A DNA stretch of 64,000 nt from Spirochaetia bacterium (GTDB taxonomy: Bacteria > Spirochaetota > Spirochaetia > CAKZLE01), in NCBI GenBank assembly GCA_963677595.1, contig OY782041.1, forward strand, positions 1,664,001 to 1,728,000. Direction: 5' to 3'. Below are positions 46,211 to 55,518 of the stretch, one piece after another. The notes under the pieces were generated by a model. The model saw nothing but the letters and a program-made list of their open reading frames with translations, had not been told where the DNA came from and did not search any database. The translations under genes and the position numbers were made by a program. Each line of letters opens with the position of its first letter. Within the stretch, counting starts at the first letter, position 1.

Positions 46211-47593
46211 ATGAAGAAGGGTACAGTAATAGCGCTATTACTGTTAGCAATGGTTATGCCTCTGGTTGCTAATGGACAAAAAGAACCCGCAGCTGCAGCT
46301 GATCCGACCAAGCCCTATGCAGGGACTACTATCAAGGTGATCGCGGAGATGCATAATCCTACGATGGCAATGGAAGCCCAGCTTGAGAATTTCAAGGCAT
46401 TAACGGGCATCACGGTCGAGTTGGAATACGGTCCGATGAATTCCGTGGTCCAGAAGGAGATGCTTGCCCTGCAGAGCGGGACTGGGGAGTACGATGTGGT
46501 TTCGGCGCCATTTCAATTCATCGGCAGTTTCGTCGAGAACGGGTACCTGAAGAGCATAGACGGGATGATGGATGATAAGAGCCTTGCCCTTGCTGACTTC
46601 GACGCATCGAATATGGTAAAGGGCATGTGGGATGTAGCGGCGAACTGGAAAGGGTCGTACTATGGAGTCCCCTCCAATACCTGTATCCAGATCCTTGCCT
46701 ACCGGAAGGATCTGTTCGAGAATCCCAGTGAGAAAGCAGCGTTCAAGGCACATTACGGCTATGAGCTCGATGTCCCGACAGACTGGGATACCTATTATGA
46801 TATCGCGGAGTTCTTTACCCGGGGAAAAGGGGAGATGCTGGCTGGCCAGAAGCTGGATAGTGATTTCTACGGCATCACCTTCTCTGGAAAGCGTCATGAT
46901 GCAGCAGTCTGTGATTGGCAGAGTATCGCATGGTCCTTCGGCGGCGGGACCTTCGGTGACGATGGTAACCTGATCATCAATAATGCTGACAATATCGAGG
47001 CACTGGATTATATCCTCTCCTTGCGGGAGTTCGCACCTCCAGGGATCAGTAACAACACCTGGGATGAGAAAACTACCCAGTTCCAGCAGGGACTGGTTGC
47101 CATGACGATCATCTTCAATGACTGTGCTCCTTCTATAGAGGATCCGGAAAATTCAGTCTCAGCCGGGAAGATGGGCTATGCAGTGGTACCGATAAAGAAC
47201 AGGAACATCGGTGGTAACTATGGTGCATGGGCGTTCTATATCCCTGAAAGCTCAAAGAACCAGGAAGCTGCATGGCAGTTCCTCCAGTGGGTCAGTACCC
47301 CAACGGTACAGAGAAATATCGTGATCAACGGCGGTGGGTTCCCAAGTCTCCAGTCACTGTATGAAGACCAGGACCTTGCAGCCCAGCTGCCGTATTGGGA
47401 AGGTTCCTATGGGGCTTACCAGATCTGTTCGGCAAAACCGAGGATTCCGGAATGGAACTCGATCAACAATGTGATCATGCTCCAGCTCTCCAGGGCATAT
47501 AATGATGAGGTCTCCGCAAAGCAGGCCTTGGATGACGCTGCCGCTGAGATCAACAAGATCATGGGAAGCAACTTGCCCGTCTCCTACAAATAA
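46211..47593 (+). CDS. Carbohydrate ABC transporter substrate-binding protein
   Basis: 'ANGQKE' leader; 'YRKDLF', 'PTDWD', 'AAWQFLQW', 'PRIPEW'. Confidence 0.9.
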   Translation: MKKGTVIALLLLAMVMPLVANGQKEPAAAADPTKPYAGTTIKVIAEMHNPTMAMEAQLENFKALTGITVELEYGPMNSVVQKEMLALQSGTGEYDVVSAPFQFIGSFVENGYLKSIDGMMDDKSLALADFDASNMVKGMWDVAANWKGSYYGVPSNTCIQILAYRKDLFENPSEKAAFKAHYGYELDVPTDWDTYYDIAEFFTRGKGEMLAGQKLDSDFYGITFSGKRHDAAVCDWQSIAWSFGGGTFGDDGNLIINNADNIEALDYILSLREFAPPGISNNTWDEKTTQFQQGLVAMTIIFNDCAPSIEDPENSVSAGKMGYAVVPIKNRNIGGNYGAWAFYIPESSKNQEAAWQFLQWVSTPTVQRNIVINGGGFPSLQSLYEDQDLAAQLPYWEGSYGAYQICSAKPRIPEWNSINNVIMLQLSRAYNDEVSAKQALDDAAAEINKIMGSNLPVSYK

Positions 47594-47606
47594 CTGCACA
47601 TAGTTT

Positions 47607-47631
47607 CTGGGGGCTCAACAAGAGCCCCCGG
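47607..47631 (+). promoter_or_regulatory. Stem-loop after the SBP gene
   Basis: GGGGGCTC-aacaa-GAGCCCCC. Confidence 0.6.
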
Positions 47632-47659
47632 TCATTGACCGAAAGAGTGAGGGGAAGAT

Positions 47660-48556
47660 ATGAAACACAAGAAGATTATGAAGGAGAATACGGTTGCGCT
47701 GCTCTTCCATCTGCCGTCGATCGTTGTCCTCTTCCTGATCACATTTATCCCGCTGATGTACAATATCGTACAGAGCCTGTTTGACTATCGATTGTCGACT
47801 CCCGGCAGCGCACATGTATTCATCGGGTTGGGGAACTATAAAGAGCTGTTGACGGATTCGGCTTTCTGGCAGTCTCTCTGGCTGACCCTGATCTTTGTCG
47901 TTGTCGTGACACTCATTCAATTGATCCTTGGTGCGTTCATCGCTATCCTCCTGGACAAGATAACGTATGGAAGGAAGATCCTGACGGCATGCTGGCTGAT
48001 ACCGATGACCGTTGCGCCACTGGTTGTCGGGTTGATGTTCAGCTTCATCCTGAACCCGCAATTCGGGTTATATAAGTTCGTCCTTGACCTGGTGAACTCA
48101 GGACTTTCGAGAGCCCCCTTGAGCTCGTCCCTCTCAGCATTCATAGCGTTGGTAATCACTGATGTCTGGGAATGGACCCCGTATATGATCCTTATGATCT
48201 ATGCAGGATTGAAGACATTGCCTCTTGAACCCTACGAGGCCGCTGATATCGATGGAGCTACCGGGCTGCAGAAGCTGGTATTCATCACGTGGCCGTTGAT
48301 GAAGCATATCGTGATGGTCTCAGTGATCCTGCGTGGGGTAGAGGCTATAAAGGTCTTCGATAAACCGTACCTGCTCACAGGCGGGGGGCCGGGAGCCGCG
48401 ACAGAAGTCGTGGACCTGTATACCTACCGGCAGGCGTTTGTGAACTTCAATTTCAGTTATGCATCCGCATTATGTTTCATACTCTTCATTATTCTTCTGG
48501 CTATAGGAATATTCTACTGGTTCGCATTCATGAAAGGAGATGGGAATGATTACTAA
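47660..48556 (+). CDS. Carbohydrate ABC permease
   Basis: 'DVWEWTP', 'EAADIDGA', 'TGGGPG'. Confidence 0.92.
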   Translation: MKHKKIMKENTVALLFHLPSIVVLFLITFIPLMYNIVQSLFDYRLSTPGSAHVFIGLGNYKELLTDSAFWQSLWLTLIFVVVVTLIQLILGAFIAILLDKITYGRKILTACWLIPMTVAPLVVGLMFSFILNPQFGLYKFVLDLVNSGLSRAPLSSSLSAFIALVITDVWEWTPYMILMIYAGLKTLPLEPYEAADIDGATGLQKLVFITWPLMKHIVMVSVILRGVEAIKVFDKPYLLTGGGPGAATEVVDLYTYRQAFVNFNFSYASALCFILFIILLAIGIFYWFAFMKGDGNDY

Positions 48557-49370
48557 GAAGAATCTTGGTATGGCTGCAGCCTATACCGTATTGATACTGT
48601 TTTTACTGGCGTTCCTGATTCCTTATTTCTGGATGATACTGACCTCATTCAAGACCCGGCTGGATATTTTCGCCATGCCGCCGAAAGTGAGGTTCTCGCC
48701 AACGTTCGAGAATTACAGGGTGGCCTTCATCGATAAGAAGTTCATCCTGAATCTCCGGAACAGCGTGATCGTGACCTGTATGTCAGTCGGGCTGGCGCTC
48801 CTTATAGGGCTGCCTTCCTCATATGCATTCTCAAGGTTCAGGGTGAAAGGGGACAAGATACTATTCTTCTACCTGCTCGGGACACGATTCACCCCTGTAA
48901 TAGTCCTTGCCCTTCCATTGTACTTCATCATGAACAAGGTAGGACTCCTGAACTCCTTTGTTGGGATCATCATCTCTCATACTGCCTTCAATATAGTATT
49001 TGTTGTCTGGATGATGAAGAGCTTCTTCGACTCGATCCCGAAGCAGATCGATGAGGCAGCAATCGTCGACGGCTGCAGCTGGTTCTCGGTCTTCATGAGG
49101 ATAGGGCTGCCGCTGACGAAGAACGGTATCGCAGCAACGGCAGTATTCTGCGCTATCTACTCCTGGAATGAGTTCCTCATGGCTTTGATCCTTACAGGGG
49201 GGAATACGGCGACACTCCCGGTAGCAATACCCAGGCTGCTGACGCCCCAGGGAACTGCATGGGGCCAACTCACGGCAGTAGGTACAGTCGTCACGATACC
49301 GGTGATCATTTTTGCTTTCCTCGTACAGAAATACATGGTACGGGGAATGTCTTCAGGCTCAATCAAATAG
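48540..49370 (+). CDS. Carbohydrate ABC permease
   Basis: 'DEAAIVDGC', 'SWNEF'. Confidence 0.92.
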   Translation: MGMITKKNLGMAAAYTVLILFLLAFLIPYFWMILTSFKTRLDIFAMPPKVRFSPTFENYRVAFIDKKFILNLRNSVIVTCMSVGLALLIGLPSSYAFSRFRVKGDKILFFYLLGTRFTPVIVLALPLYFIMNKVGLLNSFVGIIISHTAFNIVFVVWMMKSFFDSIPKQIDEAAIVDGCSWFSVFMRIGLPLTKNGIAATAVFCAIYSWNEFLMALILTGGNTATLPVAIPRLLTPQGTAWGQLTAVGTVVTIPVIIFAFLVQKYMVRGMSSGSIK

Positions 49371-49378
49371 GATAGAAC

Positions 49379-50641
49379 ATGGTTTCTCAAAGAATACAAC
49401 AGATGCAGTCATCCCCAATACGGTATCTGAACAAGATATCAGAGACGGTACAAGCTAAAGGGGTTACCGTCTATCATGTGAATATCGGGCAGCCGGATAT
49501 AGAGACCCCGGCTATCCTGATGGATGAGATCCGGAACATGGAAGTGTCCGTGCTGGCCTACAGCCCTTCATCTGGGCTCGCCAGGACAAAGGACGCGTTC
49601 TCTGCATATTATCGGTCACGTGGGTATGCCGTGGATCCAGAACATGTGTACATGACGAATGCGGGAAGCGAAGCGATCCTGTTCGCTCTGCTGGCAGCAG
49701 CAGATAGTGGAGATTCCATCTTAGTACCCGAACCCTTCTACACAAACTACAGGAGTCTGGCTGAAGTCGCAGGTGTACATATCAAACCTGTTACCACTTC
49801 ATTGGCTGATAACTTCCGACTGCCTCCATATGAAGAACTTGCCCGGATGGTAGACAGCAGGGTCAAAGCCGTGCTTTTCTCAAATCCGGGGAATCCCACA
49901 GGCAAAGTGTATGATTCAGAGGACATGGAGAAGCTCAGAAGGCTATCTGAGGAATTTGGGATCTACCTCATAGCAGATGAGGTATACAGCGAGATCTATT
50001 ATGAAGGGGTCTCCTTCGTTAGCGCATTGGACCTGGATGATGTCAGTGATCATGTGATCATGGTAGACAGTATCTCCAAGCGGTACAGCGCCTGCGGTGC
50101 CAGGATTGGATGCATCGTTTCCAGGAGCAAGACCATCATTGAACATATCGAGAAACTCGGTCAGATGAGACTGTGTCCTCCAACCATAGAGCAGGTTGGT
50201 GCAGCAGCGTTATCGAGACTTCCAAGGGAATATTACGCATCAATCAGGGAGAGATATGAACGAAGACGTGATGTAGTCTGTGAAGGACTTAGGGTGATTC
50301 CTGGTATAGCTTTCCATATACCGGAAGGTGCATTCTACACCCTGATCGAACTGCCGGTAGAGAATGCCAAGAAGTTCTGTGAATTCCTGATTGGCGAGTT
50401 CTCGTTCGATGATGAGACAGTACTGCTGGCACCCGCTGAAGGGTTCTATATGACACCGGGATTGGGTGTCAGGGAAGTGAGGATGGCATTCGTCTTAGAG
50501 GAAGATAAACTGAGAAGAACCATAGAACTGTTGGGTAAAGGCTTGCAGGAGTATACGAGGTTACATCAGAATGAGATCATCAACATGCCCCCCATGCCGC
50601 TGGACCTTGTGATCGAGCAGAGCACGTATAACTGGGTATAA
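49379..50641 (+). CDS. Class I/II PLP aminotransferase (AspC-like)
   Basis: 'NIGQPD', 'NPGNPTG', 'DEVY', 'SISKRYSACGARIG'. Confidence 0.92.
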   Translation: MVSQRIQQMQSSPIRYLNKISETVQAKGVTVYHVNIGQPDIETPAILMDEIRNMEVSVLAYSPSSGLARTKDAFSAYYRSRGYAVDPEHVYMTNAGSEAILFALLAAADSGDSILVPEPFYTNYRSLAEVAGVHIKPVTTSLADNFRLPPYEELARMVDSRVKAVLFSNPGNPTGKVYDSEDMEKLRRLSEEFGIYLIADEVYSEIYYEGVSFVSALDLDDVSDHVIMVDSISKRYSACGARIGCIVSRSKTIIEHIEKLGQMRLCPPTIEQVGAAALSRLPREYYASIRERYERRRDVVCEGLRVIPGIAFHIPEGAFYTLIELPVENAKKFCEFLIGEFSFDDETVLLAPAEGFYMTPGLGVREVRMAFVLEEDKLRRTIELLGKGLQEYTRLHQNEIINMPPMPLDLVIEQSTYNWV

Positions 50642-50709
50642 GCATGAATCATGAGATGATCAGTCCCATTACGTCAAAAGCACTCAGTTGATTCTTCGCA
50701 AAATACTGA

Positions 50710-50766
50710 ACCGACCCAGTCACCGACCCAGTCGACCCAGTCACCGACCCAGTCACCGACCCAGTC
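50710..50766 (+). repeat. 12-bp tandem repeat ACCGACCCAGTC (four full units plus one 9-bp unit)
   Basis: Read directly from the sequence; intergenic. Confidence 0.9.
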
Positions 50767-50930
50767 GGGGGAAATTCATACCGTGATACGGTAAATACAT
50801 CTTACCACCTACAGATCTTCAAGATCTGAACATAAATATCGTCTCCAGATAGTCCGCAGAGGGTTTCACTCTCTTGAGGTTATCGTGTTTCTATGCGAAA
50901 GTACATTATACCTACAACTTGGAGATAAAG

Positions 50931-52415
50931 ATGAATACCACATACACCATACCTGTGAACAGACTGGGAGACAACCTTGAGATCAGGGAACTGACGACAG
51001 GGCTCTGGCAGGTTGCCGGCGGGCACGGGAAGATAGATTTCGAGAAGGCCGTGGAATCGATGCGGAGCATCTATGACCGCGGTTTCACCTCATTCGATAT
51101 GGCAGACCACTACGGCCCGGCAGAGGATATAGCCGGTGCCTTCTATGAGCAGGTCAAGCAGGAGGGCTTCCCGAACGGCAAGCCCCAGATCATGACCAAG
51201 TGGGTCCCCGAACCGGGGAAGATGGACATGGATGTGGTCCGGAAGGGCATCGAGGTCTCATTAAGGAGACTGAAGACTGACAGCATCGACAACCTGCAGT
51301 TCCACTGGTGGGACTACCTTGACCCGGGCTACCTCCCGGCTATGGAAGGGTTGGCAAAGCTCCAGGAGGAGGGGCTCATCAGCTCCATTGGCCTGACCAA
51401 CTTCGATACCGCCCATGCACGGATCCTGCGCGAGGAGGGCTACCCCTTCGTGTCGAACCAGGTCCACTTCTCCCTCCTCGATGACCGGCCCTGCTATGAC
51501 ATGGGGGCTTTCTGCAGAGAGTCCGGGATGAAGCTGCTCTGTTACGGTACCGTCTCGGGAGGGTTCCTCTCCGAGCGATGGCTGGGGAAACCTGAACCCT
51601 CCTTCGATGACATCTCCGGGAACTGGAGTCTCATGAAGTACCTGCGTTTCATCAAGGCTGCCGGGAGCTGGGAGGCACTGCAGGGACTGCTCTCCGTTCT
51701 GGAAGGGCTCGCTGACAAGCACGGTGTCGGTATCAGCAACATCGCCACGCGATGGGTGCTGCAGCACGATTTCGTCGGTACCGTACTGATCGGGACCAGG
51801 CTGGGTCTGAGCGACCACCTGGAGGAGAATGCCAGGATCTGTACGTTCTCCCTCGATGACGATGACATGGCTGCGATCACGGAAGCAAGGAGCGGTTTCA
51901 GCCGGCTTCCCGGGGATTGCGGTGATGAATACAGGAAACCGCCCTTCCTGACTGCGGCCGGGGACCTCTCTGACCACAAGACCCATGCATGGCGGATGCC
52001 CCTGGTGGAGCGGAAGCCGGAAGAACCCTATACCGGGGCTGCCTTCAACTCAGGCACCGTCTGGGAGGATATCGCGGGGTTCAGCAGAGCTGTCAGGGAA
52101 GGGGACACCATCCGGGTCAGCGGTACCACCGCGACCCTCTTCGGGAAAGCTGTCGCCCCAGACGATGCCGCATCCCAGGCAGAAGTCTGCATCGACAAGA
52201 TCGAGGCAGCCATCGAGGCCCTCGGGGGAAGGCTGACCGATGTCGTGCGTACCAGGATCTATGTACCGAACCTCAAAGAGGACTGGGAGGCCGTTGCTCG
52301 GGTCCATGGCCGGAGGTTCTCAGGGATCGTCCCAGCCAACACCCTGGTAGGGGCACAACTCGTAGGGGATGAGTACCGGGTCGAGATCGAGGCCACGGCC
52401 GTCATCAGGGCATAA
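50931..52415 (+). CDS. Aldo/keto reductase fused to a C-terminal Rid (RidA/YjgF) domain
   Basis: AKR 'GLWQ', 'FDMADHYG.AE', 'QFHWW', 'IGLTNF'; Rid 'GFSRAVR....VSGTTA...DVVRTRIY...VEIEA'; RBS GGAG before ATG 50931. Confidence 0.85.
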   Translation: MNTTYTIPVNRLGDNLEIRELTTGLWQVAGGHGKIDFEKAVESMRSIYDRGFTSFDMADHYGPAEDIAGAFYEQVKQEGFPNGKPQIMTKWVPEPGKMDMDVVRKGIEVSLRRLKTDSIDNLQFHWWDYLDPGYLPAMEGLAKLQEEGLISSIGLTNFDTAHARILREEGYPFVSNQVHFSLLDDRPCYDMGAFCRESGMKLLCYGTVSGGFLSERWLGKPEPSFDDISGNWSLMKYLRFIKAAGSWEALQGLLSVLEGLADKHGVGISNIATRWVLQHDFVGTVLIGTRLGLSDHLEENARICTFSLDDDDMAAITEARSGFSRLPGDCGDEYRKPPFLTAAGDLSDHKTHAWRMPLVERKPEEPYTGAAFNSGTVWEDIAGFSRAVREGDTIRVSGTTATLFGKAVAPDDAASQAEVCIDKIEAAIEALGGRLTDVVRTRIYVPNLKEDWEAVARVHGRRFSGIVPANTLVGAQLVGDEYRVEIEATAVIRA

Positions 52416-52575
52416 TCATAATCCAGATTGTCTCTTTGGTATCATCAAGTCTGCCAGTAGGTTGGTAAGGTTGAGATGGTTCATGATGGATTCTTTGTAC
52501 TGAAACCCACATTCCTCACTATTTCTCAGCAAAAAACGGGTATTTAATTTCGGGCTAAAATCGGTTTAAAAAGCG

Positions 52576-52938
52576 CTACCCTTCATCGTCCAAGAGGACC
52601 AAAATGGCTTCATACGCATCCTGAGAGAGCTTCTTCATGGCATTCATCGTCTTCTCCAGGGTTCTCCTGTTCTCAATCCATGGTTGGAGGACCTCAGCCT
52701 GCTGCTCTGTGAGCTTCCTGGCTACGGTCTTCCCGCCCTTTTTGGTCGTCCAATAGTAATACGGTCCATGCTTGGCCTCAGTGTCTGTATGACACTTGCA
52801 CGAGGGGTTCCCGCAGGTAAGAAACCGTTTGGAGATGGATCCTGACCAGATAAATTCGATCGTGCTCAGTTCCTTGGCGAGTTCCTGCTGTTTGCGGCGA
52901 AGTACCTGAAGGCGCTTCTGTGCCGTCTCGGTGGTCAT
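52576..52938 (-). CDS. IS-borne DUF6788-like protein
   Basis: Protein identical to 22529..22891. Confidence 0.8.
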   Translation of the reverse strand: MTTETAQKRLQVLRRKQQELAKELSTIEFIWSGSISKRFLTCGNPSCKCHTDTEAKHGPYYYWTTKKGGKTVARKLTEQQAEVLQPWIENRRTLEKTMNAMKKLSQDAYEAILVLLDDEG

Positions 52939-53028
52939 GACTTGACTCCTCTCTTGTCCTACTGTATAATACAGTAGGTTCAGTGATCAGTCAAGTCCTG
53001 TTTCCACGACCGCTACAGGAGGATACCG

Positions 53029-54732
53029 ATGGCCAGTACTCCGCCCCTTTCAACCCTGTTTCAGCATACCAGAATCTATACCCATTCCTACCTGCCCATT
53101 GCGGCGGCCTACTGCCGCATGCTCGGGTTGAGAGACATCGTGGATGCGGCGGTGGAGACCCGTATGCAGCTATCTCCGGGGCTCGTGGTGCAGACGATGG
53201 TGCTCGATGTCCTGCATGGACGGTCGCCGCTGTATCGGATCGAGCAGTTCATCGAGCAGCAGAACCGCAGCCTATTGCTGGGACAGGAGGTAGATCCGCA
53301 TCTGTTCAATGACACGAACATAGCTCGGTCCCTGGATGCGATCTTCGATGCCGGCCCATCGAAGATTGTGACCGAACTGGGGATTCGGGCAGCACAGGTC
53401 TTCGATCTGGATATGCATGCCCTCAGTTACGATACTACCAGTACGAGTGTCTGGGGGGAATACCGGGGGAGTGAGCAGGAAAAGACCCCGGGGCCTTCGA
53501 TCGTCCTGGGGCACTCCAAGGATCACCGACCGGATCTCAAGCAGTTCATGACGGAGTTACTGTGCGTGGATCATGGGGTCCCAATCTTCAGCAGTACCCT
53601 CAATGGGAACTCCTCAGACAAGACGTCTAACAATGCGATGCTCACACGGATCAGTACACTGCTCTCCCGACATGGGTTGGGAGATGGGGCCTGTATCTAT
53701 GTTGCAGACTCGGCCATGGTGACGCAGGAGAATCTGGAGGCTTTAGGGTCGATGCCATTCATCAGCCGTCTTCCGGCAACCTACGGCGCATGTGACCAGG
53801 CAATAAGGGAAGCGATCGGAGCGGGTCGCTGGAGTCCCATAGGCATGATGGCTGAAACACCAACAGGGAAGAACCGGCCTCCTGCGATCTATAAGGGGTG
53901 CGAGACGACGGTAACGTTGTATGAAAAGCCCTATCGCGGGGTCGTGATACATTCGAGTTCCCATGATAAGCGAAGGCAGAAGAAGATTGACAAAGCGATT
54001 GAGCAATCGTTGAAGGAGCTGAACGGGAAATTGAAGAAAGTTCAGCGACAGTATTACTGCAGCGAAGATGCGCAGGTTGCTGCTGCCAACCTCGCTGCGG
54101 TCTCTTCCCCGCTGCACTCGTTAACGGTTACGATCCAAGAAGTGGCGGTTCGGCGTCGTGGACGTCCCCCGAAGGAGGGTCCGCCGCCTGTAGATCTGCG
54201 GTATGAGTTGAACTGGGAGATCACCGAAAAGTCGGACAAGCTGCAGGTGCTCAGAGAGCAGGCAGGATGTTTTGTGCTGCTTACCAATGTTGCTGTTGCA
54301 TCGCTTGATGCCGCATCGGTACTGCGTACGTACAAAGGCCAGTATGGGATCGAGAGTGATTTTTCATTCCTCAAGGATCCCCTGGTAGTCAATGACCTGT
54401 TTCTGAAAACCCCTTCCCGCATAGATGCATTGGGGATGATTCTCGTGATCGCCCTGATGGTCTGGCGGTTGATGGAGCGGCAGATGCGGCGGTATCTCCA
54501 GAAGGAAGGTACTACGGTACCAGGCTGGGACAACAAACCGACGGCAAAGCCGACTTCATTCATGATGAGTACCGTGTTTGGCGGTATCATGGCGGCAGAG
54601 ATGGGAGCAGAAGCGGTGCTGGTAAATCCGCTCTCTTCCCGTCAGTTGGCCTTCCTGTCTGCATTGGGTCTTGATGAACGCGTATTCTACGACAAGGGGG
54701 TGAGGTGTGTCCTGACCTCTCTGCATGCATGA
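53029..54732 (+). CDS. IS1634-family DDE transposase
   Basis: Protein identical to 20735..22438. Confidence 0.93.
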   Translation: MASTPPLSTLFQHTRIYTHSYLPIAAAYCRMLGLRDIVDAAVETRMQLSPGLVVQTMVLDVLHGRSPLYRIEQFIEQQNRSLLLGQEVDPHLFNDTNIARSLDAIFDAGPSKIVTELGIRAAQVFDLDMHALSYDTTSTSVWGEYRGSEQEKTPGPSIVLGHSKDHRPDLKQFMTELLCVDHGVPIFSSTLNGNSSDKTSNNAMLTRISTLLSRHGLGDGACIYVADSAMVTQENLEALGSMPFISRLPATYGACDQAIREAIGAGRWSPIGMMAETPTGKNRPPAIYKGCETTVTLYEKPYRGVVIHSSSHDKRRQKKIDKAIEQSLKELNGKLKKVQRQYYCSEDAQVAAANLAAVSSPLHSLTVTIQEVAVRRRGRPPKEGPPPVDLRYELNWEITEKSDKLQVLREQAGCFVLLTNVAVASLDAASVLRTYKGQYGIESDFSFLKDPLVVNDLFLKTPSRIDALGMILVIALMVWRLMERQMRRYLQKEGTTVPGWDNKPTAKPTSFMMSTVFGGIMAAEMGAEAVLVNPLSSRQLAFLSALGLDERVFYDKGVRCVLTSLHA

Positions 54733-55068
54733 ACTTCGTAGGTGTACCTGCGTCTGATCCTCAGAACCTATGAGAAGGCTGGTTACTGTCCTGATCATCA
54801 GCATGTCTGTTCAGACGGGGTAGCAACCAGGCGGATTTGCCGATTTTTATGCCGTGTGGAGGATCGGTAAGGATGAATAGCCCTTCGTAGTCTCAATCCT
54901 TTCCTGAAATGGAAAATCCTGCTATGTGTGCGTCATGAAAGTGAGGAATGTGGGCTGAAACACATAGGGAAGGGAATACACATCTTTTTAGAGGGTTGAG
55001 CACGGTGTGAGGTTAAAGAGGATTAGACATTAATATAATACAATGAATAAAAAATAATACATTAATAG

Positions 55069-55096
55069 TTGACAATAAGAAATAATAAAGTACAAT
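55069..55096 (+). promoter_or_regulatory. Sigma70 promoter of the ridA operon
   Basis: TTGACA-16 bp-TACAAT in an AT-rich region. Confidence 0.65.
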
Positions 55097-55126
55097 TATT
55101 ATAAAATAATATATTCGAGGTATTTC

Positions 55127-55501
55127 ATGATCAAGTCAATTCAAACAGAATCCGCTCCCCAAGCAATCGGTCCTTATTCACAGGGATGGGTATGTAACGA
55201 TATGGTGTTCACCTCCGGCCAGATCCCTGTGGATCCGGTAACCGGGAGTATCCCGGAAGGGATCCAGGAGCAGACCCACCAGAGTTGCAAGAATGTGCAG
55301 GCCGTATTGGAGGCTGCAGGCTGTGAGCTGGGAAACGTAGTGAAGACTACCTGCTTCATTGCATCCATGGATGATTTTTCTGCGTTCAATGAGGTGTATG
55401 CGACATATTTCACATCAAAACCAGCAAGAAGCTGCGTGGCAGTCAAGACACTGCCGAAGAATGTGTTATGTGAGATCGAGGCTATTGCCGTTCTGGGTTG
55501 A
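55127..55501 (+). CDS. ridA: RidA enamine/imine deaminase
   Basis: 'APQAIGPYSQ', 'SGQIP', 'VVKTT', 'PARSCV', 'EIEAIA'. Confidence 0.92.
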   Translation: MIKSIQTESAPQAIGPYSQGWVCNDMVFTSGQIPVDPVTGSIPEGIQEQTHQSCKNVQAVLEAAGCELGNVVKTTCFIASMDDFSAFNEVYATYFTSKPARSCVAVKTLPKNVLCEIEAIAVLG

Positions 55502-55518
55502 TCAGCTGGAGGTCCAAG

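Larger units (their letters stand above)
52506..54954 (+). mobile_element. IS1634-family element (third, intact copy; 2449 bp)
   Basis: Same terminal IRs; target duplication CTGAAA (52500-05 and 54955-60). Confidence 0.95.

Noticed and set aside
50710-50766. Possible CRISPR array
   Set aside because: 12-bp units are directly adjacent with no spacers, and no cas genes are present
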